A DNA stretch of 64,000 bases from an uncultured bacterium. Lineage in GTDB: Bacteria; Omnitrophota; Omnitrophia; Omnitrophales; Abzuiibacteriaceae. The stretch lies in NCBI GenBank assembly GCA_964387845.1, contig CAYLXA010000008.1, positions 32,001-96,000 of the forward strand. Reading direction: 5' to 3'. Shown here in pieces: positions 35,716 to 50,700 of this stretch. Below the pieces are notes generated by a model. That model saw only the letters and a program-made list of their open reading frames with translations, was not told the DNA's origin and did not search any database. Numbering within the stretch: the stretch's first letter is position 1; every line of letters begins with the position of its first letter. The position numbers were made by a program, and so were the translations under genes.

Positions 35716-38700
35716 GTGCGCAAAAAGCCATTTTTCATCAAAGCAATTGCCCTAGCGCTTTGCTTTACTTTTATCGCTACCGATACCATCGCTTATTCCG
35801 ACGCAGCTCAGACATCTCCGCAACTGGCGGAGATGCTGAAGCAGTCCTCGAACTGGTTGAGTTTGAGGGCCGCTACCATTTCGGGACTTTTCCGCAACGC
35901 CGCACCTTCTGTTTCCGGTACGCGTTTACCTGCCGCAGCTCCCAAGTTCGCCCGTTACTTGTCAGAACTTCGAAATGAAGCCAATGAAAAACCGGTTACG
36001 GCTGACTACATATCCGCTCAAACAATTCAGAATCAAAAAACCAATGAAATTACGCCTCCGCCTCAATCTGAATTACGCCAAGAGAAGCCCAGATTTAAAT
36101 CGCGGCACAGCTTTTTTAACCATGCCATACAGTTAAGCCGCAACTTATTCAAGCTTTCAGAGTGGAAACACCGGATTTTGAGATTGTCCAGCAGCTTCGG
36201 AAACCTTCCAGATGACATTCTGTTTCTAGTTACAACTCTTCCCATATTGATCGGAATATTGATAGTGGATGCTCTTGATAATTTTCATGATAACCCCAAA
36301 ACAAACGCAAGAATATGGTTCTGGGTTGTTACGAGTTCAGCGGTGTGGCTCTTCTCAGTGTTAACTGCCAATGTTGTTTTATTCAGATTTCAGAAACCTG
36401 CAAAAAGAAAATTGCCGGCAAAATCTGATCAGAAAGTTCAACGATCTGAATTGCGCGGCCATTCGGGCGTAGGGAGTTATGTCATTGGCGATTTGGAATT
36501 TAATAAAGGTGATCCAACCGGCTTTGAATTGATTAAACGGTTGATCGGAGAAGTAAGAGCAGGTCTTTTAACCGGCGAACTTCAAAAAGCCGGCTTGGAT
36601 CAAGATTCTATTTCACATATATTCCGGCTTGCTTCTTCGCCTAGTAAAAGTGCGCGCGAGCCAATTGGTTTCAAATACAGTGAAGCGGCCGGTCAGTTTG
36701 AGCTGATTAAAAATGATTTGCGCACCTATCTTCATCAGCTTCAGAAAACACAAAATCATGATCACGAAATCAATGTTTATGCGCTTGGGTTAGGCAATCT
36801 TCCGGTTGAAGCAGAGGAAGTCATCAAGTTGTTTCTGAACGTCATGGAAGAGGAGCTTGGCGAAGCAGCCAAAAATTGGTCTTTTAATTTTATCGGAATT
36901 GATTTTCAAGACGAACCCATCAAAGTCGCGCGAAAATACTTTGCAGAAGATATGGCTTCTCTAAAAGAAAAAGGATTCCGGAAAGTCACTTTACAAGCTG
37001 TGAAGGCAAACGCACTGTCATCTTCAGAGCTGACGCGGGTATTTGAAGAAACGGGTGGCTCTAAGAAAGCAGACTATTTATTTCATCGGCATGTGATGTA
37101 TGTAAACCGTGCTTCAAGTTGGTTAAATCAGCTTCGAGGCCTCACTCCTATCACGATGTTACGGCCTGTGCTTGCTGACGCGTTGGAGTCGTACCTTCAA
37201 TCACAGAATTTGATCGGCGCATTTACAAAAACAGGTACACGTTATGTTATTGAACCTCTCGCCAGCTCAGACCCAAGCATACGGGAAGTTGTCATTCCGG
37301 GATCCAGCGTTTTGCCGCAGGAAAATGGCGCAGCCGGCAGCGGGATTTATATTGTGAATGACCCCGCCGTTTTTACAGCAACCGGCTTCATTCAATATCT
37401 CCAGGATCAGCTTGGAGAAAATTTCTCCATCTCCGGCCCTCTTCGGGTCGATCGGACTGGAGGCCGGGGAGAGCTGCGCCGGGCTTCGAATTTTCATTTT
37501 GTAAACACAGTACGCAGAGTGTTGCGGCGGGAAATCGCCCAAATAGAAAAAGACAAGTGGCAAAACTGGGCAGTTGGTTTTGAGCCTGTGCAAGATGTTG
37601 CAAGCCACCTTGTCCGCGGTGCAAAGGGCGAGCTATGGATTCATTTGCACTTAACCTACCACGGACATGATAAACGTGCTCGTTTCGCCGAAAATGGCGT
37701 CTATGACTTGGGATTGCTTTTCCGGATAACCGATCGAGAGAATCAATTAACTCTTGATGCCCCCATGATTGAACCGCAAATAGGCCGGTCTGACTATTTT
37801 GCTTTTACACGCGCCGAAACGGTGCTTTCTTCCGAGCAGGCGGCCCGGCTTGTGAAGGAGGGAACGGAATTTGTCAATTCGCACGCCGGTCCGATCCGCA
37901 GTGCAATGCGTCTTGCCAAGAAAAAACCGAGCTCAATTCATAATCTATTGGGCCGTGCAGTATCGCCCCGGCACGCACGAGGCCTTTACAACATGATGAC
38001 ATTAGGGCATGAGGAAAAGCGTGTGATTGACCGTACAAAAAGGCGCTCGGTTACTTATCGGTTTGTGGGCAGCCGGCGAAGCGAGCTGCGTCAAAAATCG
38101 GAATTAGATTCGGCCCGAGAGTTTGTGGCTCACGCTATCCAAACCGGCCAATTGAAATTAGATCTGTTTGATCGGGGAAGGGAGCCTGCAAAACAAATTC
38201 TTCAGGAAGTTTTAGCTGAAAATCAAAAGCGAAAAACGGATCATATTCAAGAAGTCGAAACCGCAAGGCACAAAATAGCAACTTTCGAATCAAGGTTCAA
38301 AAAAATCCGTGATGAAATTGATTTTGACCCGTTTAAACCTCTGGCGCCGACGGAGCAGGAAAAAATCATGGAATGGTGGGCTGATGACCTGTACATGATG
38401 GAATATGAAATCAGAAATTATTTAGCCGAAATTCAGTCGGGGCAGCATCCGTTTTCAGGAAACGAATTGGATCAAGTAGTGGATGCTTTAATAGCCGCTT
38501 ACCGGTGGAGTATGGATGTTGTTGCTTTTTTTGAAAAACAAAAAGCAGAACTATTATTCTTTCGAAATCAAGAGACCACCGACAGCGAAGAGTCGGCCGA
38601 TACCATGGCGGCACTTTCAGGCGCATTTTCAGTTTTAGCCGACATCAAATCTCCGCGCGGACAAATCCCGGAAAATGTTTTTTTTGCCATAGCTGCAACC

Positions 38701-41700
38701 AAGCGCCACAAAGCGAAAGAATTTTTACTTTCTGTTCTTCGTGAGATTGGTTTCGATAAAACAAAATCCGAAACCCAGAAAATCGTGAGAGGAAGGGCGC
38801 TTAATTATCTGTTTGCCCACTTTCACAGCTCGGAACTTGCAGCACTGGCCCGGCAGGCAATTGAAAATTTAGGCAGAGAGCAAAGATTTGATTACGATGG
38901 CTGGGCATTTGATAGCGCGTTCATGGAACTTTTGCCTTATCTCGGAGATGAGAATGTTAAAGCGTATATTTTTAATTACTTAAAAGATGATTTTCAATTC
39001 GGAAAAGCTCTCGAAGCTGGGAACTGTTTGGAATACTTGCTGTTCGATTTAGAAACCGCGGAGGTCCCGGGTTGGTTTAAGGAGCGCTTGCAGATTTATT
39101 CGGAAAAAAATGCAGCGGCTATGGATGATTTTGGAATTACGGAAAATCAGGAAGCCTATTTAAATCGAATTAAAAAATTAAATGATTTTCTAGCTCTAAA
39201 AGAAGCCGGAATCGGGCTGCCGTCTTATCAATTTTCAAAATACGTTTTTCGGCCTATTCATTCACAGGATGAAATAGACACACTGCGCAAAATGAGCGGT
39301 TCATTTCCCGGACGACGCCCTGGTTGGAGCCCATGGGATATGACCGATTTTGTATTGGAAGATAGCAAGACCCGTCAAATTGTCGGAGGCGGCATGATTT
39401 CGGAGCATGACTACGACACAGAAGCGCACCATATTCATCTTGTTGCTCTGAGTGACCAGCTGCAAGGCCGGGATAGGGCAGATGCGTTTGTGTTTATTCT
39501 CGCCGGCATGTTGCAATCCATGTCGCCAAAAATCAAAGGCCGGAAAGTTGTTTGGCGCACATGGGTAAAAGATATTCTGGAAAAGACACTCGCGCTTGAT
39601 TTGGCGGGCGTTGATTTAGAACCTCTCATCAATCAAAACCCTGATGATGCACGCTCGGAATTGCTCAGTAAGCCTGAATCGCAGAATCCTATCCTCGAAA
39701 TCAATCAAGATTGGCGAAACATTTTTGATGACAACGCAAAACCGCTGGTGGTGGATGTCGGGTTCGGAAACGGAGAAACACTGCTTTACCGAGCACAGCA
39801 CGAGCCGGACAAAAATTTCATCGGTATCGAACTTCCCGAAGAGCCGTATGCGGATATGCTGGCTGAAAGGATTCAAACAGTGGGAATCAAAAACCTAAAA
39901 GTCCTCAAAGTGGCTGATTTTGAGGCATTTCGCACTCAACTCAAATTCGGGAACCAAGCAATCGTTTCAGAGCTAACTTATTACGATCCGTTTCCGGATA
40001 GTCCTTATGTATTTAGAGAACATACCGCTGATTTACAGCAAATTTTAAAACCCGGCGCGCTCGTTAAAATCATGGTTTTTGAACACGAATTTTGGCAAGA
40101 ACTGTCCGGCATTTTTGAATCCAACGGATTTCAAACGCTAAATCCTGCCGACCATGTTTTTGAGGATAATCATGATACGCAGGATTCAAATGAGGCATTT
40201 AGCACTCAACTGAAACTTATTTTCCGATGGCCCGGTCTATCATCAAATCGTTCCGAATTGCGCCAAGACCTCAAAATTCAGACGATTCTAAACGATATTG
40301 CCCAAAGCAGATTGATTTCGGAGAATCAGCCGGAAACTCGGTCTTTTTTTAATAGAATTTCGGATCGGTTAAAACAAAAATCAGTTTCCCAAACTTTCTT
40401 TTTGACCGGATTGTTACTTTCATCTTATGTCTATATTTTATTCGAGCGCTGGCTTGCTGCCGAGCCGGTCGAATCGAATGCTCAAGAAATAGCTGCCGCC
40501 ATTTTACTATTGGGCATTATTTCTACGATTTTTACCACGATCGTTAAGAGAATGAATAAGTCTAGTACATCCTGGCGCTGGGATGTTATTAGCTTTTCGG
40601 AAAATCAAATCATAGAAGATGCATTGACTTTTCTGGACCCTCACAAACATCAATTAAATCCCAATGTGGATATTATTGTTGAGAAAAGAAGCCACAGGTT
40701 TAAGCGTATTGCCATCGGATTTTTCAAAGAAAGTTTAAAAAATCTTGGCGCCGGTGCAATGTTTTTATTGATAGGAGGCTTTTTAGCTTGGAAAATTGGA
40801 TACGGCCTTCTTGATTTGTACAAGCAAGACCTGCACGCTGCATTTAAAGTCCCTGTCTATGGCATATTCGGCGCGGGGCTGATTGTGTTTGGTTTTGTGG
40901 GCATGATGGGATTTACCGTGCTTTTTCTATCTCCGTTCATTGCTCTTATGCAGGCTTGGGATGGAGAGTTTTCAGATAAGGGAATCGAGGACCAAAGAAT
41001 TTTTGTCCAGCACCAAGAATCCGAAGATGTTTTTTACGAGACGCTAGTTGAAGAATTAAATCACCGTTTCAAACTCCGCCGAGAGCCGCTTCCGGAGTTT
41101 CCAAAAACACTGGATGGTTTGCGGCTCGCCATGATACTCAAACGCTACGGCCTCCCCGGCAGTGAAATTGCGAATCGTTCCGCCTCCGGCCTCCTCCGGG
41201 TCTTGCGCCCTGAAGGGTCAGAGACCGCAGACCGTAACGCTCTCCGAGCCAACGGCTCGATGGAGCCGAGGGCACGGGGGGAACTTCGGCAGTCGGAACC
41301 TCGGAAGATGAGCAGGGCTGAGCTCGCCTCTTTATTCAGGGCGCAGCTACGCGAGGCGAATTTCATTGCATCGATACCGGTGTTGATACAACACGTATGG
41401 AATGTAATCGCCAAATTAGCAAAGCCCCTCAACTTCCAGTTTCGCGAACTAGGCCTAACGCAAGAGCTCCTCCGTTTGCAGACAGGGTTTTGGATCACCC
41501 GATTTGGGCCTGAAGACCGGATGTGGTGGGGACTCCGCGACGGCATGAAGTTCGGAGATACCGTTAATTGGTGGGGGCCTAAACAAAAAAGACCGGAGCC
41601 CCTGGGTTTTCATACCGGGATTGATTTTGTGATGTATCAAAATTTTCAAAAGGCCTGGAAAACAATTCCGGAAGGAACCGAAGTGCAGGCACTCTACGGA

Positions 41701-44700
41701 GGCACGGTGGTTTCCGTATTTCAAGACGACATGCAGAGCACCCTTGTTGTCAATCAAGAGATTACCGATACAGACGGAGGAAATACGCTGGTCACCATTT
41801 ATGCGCACATAGAGCCGGAAACTAACGTTCAGCCGGGCGTAAAAATTGAGGCTGGCGATGTCCTGGGCCGAATCAGGCGGTCGCGCAATGAGCGTTCGAT
41901 TGTTTCGCCTCATCTTCACTTATCGATCGGATGGGCAAAGCCCGAATTTTTTGAACGTCTCAAAAGCGACGGCGTCGATTGGCCGTTTGTGGATGCTTTG
42001 GCAAAAGAAGGCCTTCTGACTTATGTCGATCCGCTTACATTTTTGGATAAAAATGAAGCCGATCATTTTTTTATGAATGCCCAGCACAACAAATTAAAGA
42101 AAATTCTGATTCTAAATACACAGCCAGGCGCTCAATTTTTTCTGACCCGGCAAGTGATTGAAAAACAATTTCCCGGTGTCACGACACTCGCTGTAAGAAG
42201 TTTTGAAGAAGCGCAGAAAATTTTAAATGACCCGTCCAGCGAAATTGATGCGGTAGTCCGTGTTGACGAATCGGCATCAATCAGTTTCCCTAGAAAATAT
42301 TTAAAACGCACGGCCGTTTTAGATTATCAAGAAAAAAACAAAAGAGAATTCTTACGCCAACTGCATGTCGTGAATGTGATCGGCCGCTTGTATCACGAAC
42401 CGATCAGCCGTCTCAACATTCGCTACCGGCTTCAGCGGCGCATCCGTCAGGCGGGAATCCGGACAGTGGGGCAATTGGTTGACCTTGCCAACCTGCCGAA
42501 GAAATTTCGAAAGTTTACAACGGGCCTTTCTAAAGTTCCGGAGGGCCTTGAGCGCCGTTTGCAAGGCTCTCGCTACAAGGATGAGATCATCCGCGCAATC
42601 GTCTCTGTCCAGCCCCAGGCCATTCTGACACGCTCCATTTTGCACAGGCGGTCGCTTGGATTTTTCCAAATGGCGTACCGACTCACATTTGGATTTGAAT
42701 ACCATCCCGAGACGCGCAATTTTGCGGAGCTGATTTTATTCTTAAATGGTTTATCCGGCAGTGTTTTCAAAGAGCTGGTCAAACAATTTGACGTCCATAT
42801 TCAAACCGATTTAATCGATATTTTGCAGCGTGTTGCTCGGATTGCGCCCGAAGCCATTTCTGTCAACGTTCTGGAGATGTTTATCGATGACGAAGAGACT
42901 CCCAAGCGCATGCGCGAAAATTTCAATACCCTGGCAGATTTAATTCACATGGCAAGGAATGATACCAAACGGTTTAAGGAGATTTTTGGATATCAAATTT
43001 CATGGCATGTTTTGCTCTTGCTTCTTGAAATTCTTTACGATGCGGTTCCGGGAGAAATCATGTGGCAGGAATGGCCTGACCTTGTCCACACCGTTCTGAA
43101 TCCGCACAATCTTCCACGCACATTCGGCAGCGGCGGGTTAAGCGGGCATATCAACGCTTACTCAGCGGCCATTCAAGCACATTGGCGCCGGTTGATGGCG
43201 GAGCATAAGGGATATGCAAAAAGAAAAGACCGCTCAGAACTTCGGCAGGCGGGAGATCGGCAAATTTTCCAGAGGGCATTTCAGGGAATTGCTTTCGGTG
43301 GATATGGAGCGGGGCTTATTGCTGCGACTTGGCAGATGCTTACCGTTTATCCGCAAATGTTGAGGCCGTCCTTATTTGTGATTCTGCTTACCTGGAATTT
43401 CTATCAGATCGTGAAACTAATTCTCAAGCAGCCGTTTGTCAGTCAGGAAAAGATAAACCAAGAAAAGTATATTAACCGCCAACTTATCATTACCCATTTG
43501 CCGCAGCTTGGACTCATCAAGGCGCACATGCTAGCACCGTGGCTTGAGGCTTTTATGCAAGCGCCGGAAGTTGGGGCCTTGTTTTTGACGGTCTCCGGTT
43601 TGCTGGTTTCAAAATTGGCCTTTGACAGCTATCTGCGCAATGACGGCAGAGCATCGGGAAGGTCCGAATTGCGCACCAATGACCCGGAAGAGCCGAATGC
43701 CAAAAATCCACGCACGTCTACTTACGAGACTATTATCTCTAACCGCCCGCAAATGAACCCAACTGAAAGTAATACTGAACAAGCAAGCCTGTTCATGGCA
43801 CCGCTTGAAAACGTAACACCGGATGCGGTCCGGTGGCTTGACCGAGTGTTTAATAGCCGGCTTCCGAAGGGCCAGTATGTTTTTGTCGGTGTTGTTGTCG
43901 ATCGCAAAAGCAAAGACATCCAGGCTTTTCAGGATGGCGTTTACATGATTGCAAAATTTCTGGAAGTCGGCGGCGCATTTGAAGAAATCGGATTGAACGA
44001 GATCAAAAATAAAAAACTTCGCCGCAGAATCACGGCCGTCGGCAAAGGATCGTCGGTGCGCGTGATCGAATTTGCGAGTGTCGGCGGGGGCGATGATTAT
44101 GAAATTCCGCTGCGCCGCCTTCAGGGTGTAGTGGAAGATTATTACAGCAATGAACCGATTGTCTGGATCCCGATATCACCGGAAGGAGAACTTTCAAGCA
44201 CATTGGGCTGGAAGCCCAAAAACCGGGCTTTTCATTTGACGTTAGTGCATCAGGCACCGGAGCAAGAGCCGGAGGCGCGCTCTGAGCTTCGCAATGATGG
44301 TGGAATTATTCTTGAAGCCGGACAGCAAATCAAAGCGGTTGAAGGTTATCAAATGCAGCTTCAAGAAAACGGTAGCGTTGCATTTTACCGTGAACGGTTA
44401 AGCAGCCCTGAGCCGGACCCTGTTGAGGTAGTCAAACCCACCATGGCCGGCATGCCTGTTTATGATGAAGCAGGCAATATCATGGGCTATGTTGGCATCA
44501 CACATGACTTTGAAGGCCAAGGGGAAGATAGAAAATTAATTGCAAGAACCGCATTTTATCCGGAGCCTGAATTTGATATTGAGAAAACGCATGTGCCGTC
44601 TACATGGCCTGCTTGGGAGCTGCTCAAGGCGGTTGGGCTTTTGATTCCAAAAGAGGACGCGCATATTCTAAAAATTGAAGACATCAGCCAAACATCTGAT

Positions 44701-47700
44701 TCAAAAATTCACCGGATTACGGTGCGCGTACCGGAAGAGCAGAGTTTTCCGCTTCGCGGTATTGAAATTCTAGCACGCGAATTAATTGAGAATCCATCCG
44801 CTGAACAGCAGTTTGATCTTGTTTACAATGAGAAAGGACATTTGTTGGCTGTATTTCCCGTTTTTGGAAATGAAAATAGGGCCGCTGCGGAGGATGGCTT
44901 ATTTCTTGATGTCAGTCCGTACTATTTTGAAGTTCCGAAGGACATTCGAGGAGAGTCGAAACTCCTGATAGATCAATTTTTGCGCGAGTGGAGACAAAAC
45001 CAACAGCATATCCAAGCCTATCAAAAAAAGCATTTCGGTTCTAATCGGATGAATTTCTGGCATTTTAGTTATAACAATGACGAAAATAATGATGAAGATA
45101 ATAAAGAGGAGCCTCTTTATCAGTTTTATCATTTACTTCATAGTCACGGCCATGATCTTAGTTATTTGGGGGAAGTTGAAGTTCAATCTTTGGAGCATAT
45201 TTTTTACTACGTTAGTAAAGATCCGGATAGGAAAATGTTATTGTTACCAATTTTCCCAACGGTCTTCCCGCCATCCGGCGATCCCCAGCACGACACGGAA
45301 TATCATAAGGCTATTTTGATCGATCCCAGATTTGATTTAAATGAGAATCAGCGGACTCTTGTGGTAGGTTCCGGAAGCGGATTTGACACATGGCTTGTTT
45401 CCCTCAAAACACGCAAGACCGTGAGTGTAATTGACATTAATCCACTGGCGGTAGCCAACACAAAAGCGCTTGCGAAAATTGCAGGCTTCAAAGTTTTAGC
45501 TAGAACGGCTGACAATATCGTCGATGAAAGCGGAAAGCCCACTTTTCCAGATGCCCGGTTTGATCGAATTATTTGGAATATGCCCGAGCATGTTGAAGGT
45601 GATGGGCCCAGCCACGGGCAATTAGCAACCCAAAGGACCAAGTGGTATTTAACAGATCATTGGGATGGCGACGTCGATGGTTTCAGCTTGACCCGGTTTG
45701 CTTCAGGGCTTTGCGACATTTTAAATCCTGACTCGCGCGTTTTAATTTGGAATTCGAATAACGAAGATTCAATTTTGAATGCCTTTGAAAACCGCGGCAT
45801 GGAAGTTGAACGTGCAGGCCTCAATTATCGGTACAGTTTGTATTTTATTCAACCATCTGCCGCTGCAGGCGAGCTTTTGGAACCGATTTCTAACTCTGCA
45901 GATCAACGAAGCGAACCTCAAAAACACATTGCCGTGCTTCAACGGTTCAAGCACAATCCGACCGGATTTATGGGGTGGCTCAAGAACGAAATCGCCGAAG
46001 TTTTGACAATCATTGACATGCCGAGCGGTCAGTTTATGAAACTGCCTGATGCGGAAAGAAGGAAGAAAAATCAACGTATTGAAAACGCAATTTCCATGCT
46101 TTACGGCGTAGAAGATTTTATTTCGGCTAAAGATGCGGCAAAAATTATCAAGAATATTGACGAGGCACGCCGCATGTTGGACGAGATTTACCAAATGTCC
46201 GAATGGCGTAAAAATGATTTTTCCGCTATCCGCGGAGGGAAGCAAGATTCCAAACTTCCGGCAAGCACCGAGCAAGCGTGGCACGCACGGGATATTTTTA
46301 ACGAATTTCTTCCGAAAAATGGGCTAGGAGAAGCGCTTCAGAAATACACGGGGGATAAAAAAGTATTGGATACCGCAGCGGAGAAATGGCTGCCTGTTTT
46401 TACGCGCGTTCCGAAACATTTATTCATGCCGAAATATTTGCGGCAGGATGCTTATTTGCATGATGCGCCGTACCGAATCGGTTATGGCCAGACAATCTCA
46501 CAACCGTCTCTGGTTGCATTTATTCTGGCGCTGCTTGATTTAGAGCCCTCGGATGAAGTTTTGGAAGTCGGCGCAGGCAGCGGATGGTTGGCCGCGCTGA
46601 TGTCGCAGCAAGCGGCGCATGTCTATGCGACAGAACTCATTCCGCAGCTTGCGGGCCGTGCGGAGCGGGTGATTGAGAATATGGGAATTCAAAATGTCAG
46701 CATTGTTGAAGCCGATGGTTCGGTTGGTTATCCACAGGCGGCTCCGTTCGATAAAATCGTCGTTTCAGCCGGCAGCCCCAATGTTCCGGAACTGCTTGTG
46801 AACCAGCTCCGCGAAGGAGGCTTGCTGATCATTCCGGTTTTGGATCCTGCAGCGTCAAAAAAGCAGAAGTCTTACAAGCTGACATTATTTGTGAAAGAAG
46901 GCGGTAAATTGACAGAAAAACTTGCCATCGATAGGGTTAATTTTGTTGATCTGCGCGGTGTGCACGGTTGGCAGCCGGCGCCAAAACGTTCCGAGCTTCG
47001 CCGAGCCGCACAGCCGAAAGATTCAAACAGTGAAAAATCAACGCCGAAGCCCGAGACCGAGTCAGACCGGCGCATCATCCGGGCAGTTAATTATTTTCTG
47101 AAAGAAAAGAGGCCATTCAATCAAGGCGATATCGCCAAAAAAGCAAGAGTCAGCTTGCAAACGGTTACAAACCGGAAGCACGCAAATCCGTCGATCGCTC
47201 GGTTTGTTGATTGGGCCCTGGAGAAAGCGCCTAAGGCTGAGCCTAAATCCGTTCAAGCTCTAATCCGGGCCGCAAAGCAGTTGAAAAAAGAAGGAAAATC
47301 GGGCGTGACCAATTCAGTTGTTGCGGACCTAGCCGGTTATCATCCACAAACCGTTACCAGCATAAGCAAGTTATATCCTAAGGTAAAACAAGCTGTGCAG
47401 GGGGCGCGTCAATCTCCGCACGCACAGATTTCTCCCACGATTCAGAAAGTTGTGGATGTTATTAAAGCGGCCGCGAAGAAAAAACAAGTGTTTCAAAACG
47501 AAGGCCAAATCGCGCAAGCAGCCGAAATCAGGCCTGAAACGTTGAGCCGGATTAAGAAGCGGCGGTCCTCCTATCGGGAACCATTTCTCCAACTGCTTCA
47601 ATACGCCGTAAGCGACCCGGACCGTGCGCTTGAGATCATTAAAAAACACTTCTCGATTCATTCCGAACAGCGGGTTTCTGTCCAAGCATCCGCTCAAGAC

Positions 47701-50700
47701 GAGAACTTGAGGTCGGAACTACGGGCTGACGGTGCTATCCAAGATCCGGGCATGGTCGTTACGGCTTTGATCGGGGTAGCCGCATTCGGAATCCTGATTT
47801 TTGGTTTTGATTCAGTCCGAGAGCGGGCATTTAAAGTTGGAAGTGCTGCACTCAAATTGATCCGCCGACTCTTCTGGCTATGGACCGGTGTTTTGTGGAT
47901 TTCCACCCATTTGGCTTACGCTGCTCATCGTGTCCGCCCGGATTCTCAAGATAAAATTTACCAAGCAACAGGTTTTGACCCCGGCGATCTAAATTATTCA
48001 GAGTTTTTGTATCCATGGGCTATTTTTACCGTGTTTATTTATCCCGTTGCCGCGTTCGGCTTGATGCGTTACCTGAATCGCTTGGTCATGCGCCGAAACG
48101 TTCTGCCATTCGAAACTTCGCCCTCAAGGTCCATTCCGGCTCACCCTACAACGTCCGAGTTAGATATTAATCGGAAAGTCGGGACGGCCCAGCCTTCCGA
48201 TCAATATTCAAAAGATCCTTTAATGAAAGGCAGGGCTGAACTCAGAGCGTCGGGTTCGAATCCCAAGAAGAAAGACACAAGTAAAGCAACGGACTTGGAA
48301 AAAAGGTTTAAGGAACTTTTGGAAGAGGCAGATAGAACGCTTGAGGCAAACAAACAACTTGAGGATGGACTTGATGAAATCCACAAAGTGCTGCCGGAAT
48401 TACCCAAAGACATCATCGATGGACGCTCCGAGCTGCGCCAATCTGACCCGATTGGCACTGCTTCGGCTTTGCCAGGCCCTCTGGCAAAGTCCGAGCTGCG
48501 CAATTTCTTGCCGAATCAGAACCCGATCAACCGTTTGGACGCCAAGCAAGGTTCCGGAATTGGTGCACGGGGCAACGTTTTGGAAGGCCGTTCCGGATCA
48601 AATTCTGAGTTTTATAATTATCGGGGCGAAAAAGTACTTGTACTGCCGACTAGCACCGCAAAAGGAATATTAGGTTTGGGTGATTTTATCGTTGTGATGC
48701 CACGCCCCAAGCCCGGCACGCAAGATCACATTCTCTTTTATAATTCGTCCGGCAGTTTGTTGTTTGAAGCAGTGAACGTTTCAGACTATTCGTTAGTAGG
48801 AGAAAATATGGCCATTAAATTTGCCAACGGCAATATCCAGTTTTATGACAAGACAGGCAAGAAGCTACTTAGTTCATTCGATCATTTTTCAAACTTTCAC
48901 CCAAGCCAAATTGACTTACAGGGCGATTTATTGGTATTTAAAAAATCAAGCAATGAGGTTGGTTTTTATAATTCGACAGGTTCACTTATTTTACGAAAGT
49001 CAAAAGGCACTGATTTTGACAGTTTTTATGTGAAAGGTTCATTTATCGTATTGGTTAAAAAAGATAATCACCATGTCTACAGTGGGCTTACAGGTAAGCT
49101 GATTGCAAAAACCCAGGCAAGCGTGGGTGAAACCGCGCAATTTGACGGCGACTTTTTTGCTGTGGTTAATTGGAATGAATTTACATTCTATAATCTTCAA
49201 GGGAAAAAAATTCTTGAGAAACGAACAGGTTCAGGTGACGATAATTTTATTAACTGGTCCGGCGAAGGCGGCCTTTTGACTTTTGATAAAACACATTCCC
49301 GGACGTTTTACGATGAAAACGGGAAGTTATTAGCTGCCATCCAAAAGCGTGTATTCGCTTCCAGAGTTGTCAACAAAGTGTTGCGCTTAGAAGACAACGC
49401 TGATTTTTATGAATGGTACGATTTCAGCCCTAATGCGTTATCGGCGTCTTCAAAAGGACAAAAATCGCTTGATCAAATTTTTAGCCATAACCCGGCCATG
49501 CTCTCGCGGATCCGGGATTATGTAAAAAGAAGGTACGATAATCCGCTCATGTCGCGCGAAGAGCCGAACCACGATCTTTCATCCGACCTGGATGACGCAT
49601 CGAATTTGATTCAATTGGAAAAAATGCCAACCGAATGGATTGACGACCTCTCATCCTTGGTTTTAACCGGTTACAATCCGTCGGACAAGGGCGCGCGTTC
49701 AATTTTAAAGGAAGCCGCGATTCAGCTTGGATTGATTCAAGCTCCGTCATCTCAAACGAAAGAAGCGGTTCCCATTACCTATAACCAAAAAGCGCTTATG
49801 CGGATCTTAAGCAGCGGTGTCATTACGGAAGCCATCCGAAACGGGCAATTTTCCTTTCCAACAACAGGTAAGAGAAGTAGTCTTATTTTTCTTTCTGACG
49901 ATGGAACCAATGTAAAGAGGATTGATGAAACGGATTCTGCTAAAGCCAACGTGCAGCTCGAATTTTATCTGTCGAGCGATAATCGCACAGTGGGTGTGTC
50001 CATCAGTGTCCGAGATGATAATAAGGCAAGTGGGTGGCGAGTACAGCATGAAGAACCTAAGCAACTCAAAGATCTTCAGACATCCATTGAACCTGCAAGC
50101 TCGAAACCCTCGTTGACTATTGTTAGCGCGAGAAAACAACGCACCCTTGATGAATTGATAAACAAAGTGAGCAAGTTCCCAGGTTGGAGCAATCCTGGCC
50201 CTTCAACATATTCTTTCGCTCATCAGGCAACGCAGATATCTGCTTTCTATACCGGAATTGTCCCTAACTTGCAACCACGCTGGGCATGGCATTTAAAAGT
50301 GATCTCGTCTGGTTATAACCTAAGCGTTGTTGTTGAAGATCATATTCAATCGCCAGGGAAATGGATAACGGTAGTTAAATTTAATAACTCCGGAAGTAAT
50401 AATTCTGTGGCCTCGCAAGAATGGGGTAACCATCTGATCGATATTGAACAAAATGGTTTAAAAACAAATATCTACATGACGAAGGCTTATGTGGATTCTT
50501 TGGTCAAAAACAGAATCCCGCTTAAAGGTGCAACTATAGATGGAGTTGAGTGGGAATTTATTCCGATCAATCCGAAACAAATTCTTCCGGCAAAATCAGA
50601 ATTGAGAACCCAAGCAGAGCAGGTTTCTATAGAAACGCTGGATGCGGCGCTTTCGGTGGAGCCCAAAGCACAAAACAGGTTGGATGCCGTCATTCATGAA

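Noticed and set aside
36063-50693. Dozens of 60-170-aa minus-strand and alternative-frame ORFs inside the giant gene (e.g. 41145..41546, 41455..41919, 45769..46284)
   Set aside because: They are fully embedded in a long ORF with clear domain content. They have no RBS or conserved motifs, and they are typical antisense artefacts of a GC-moderate coding region.
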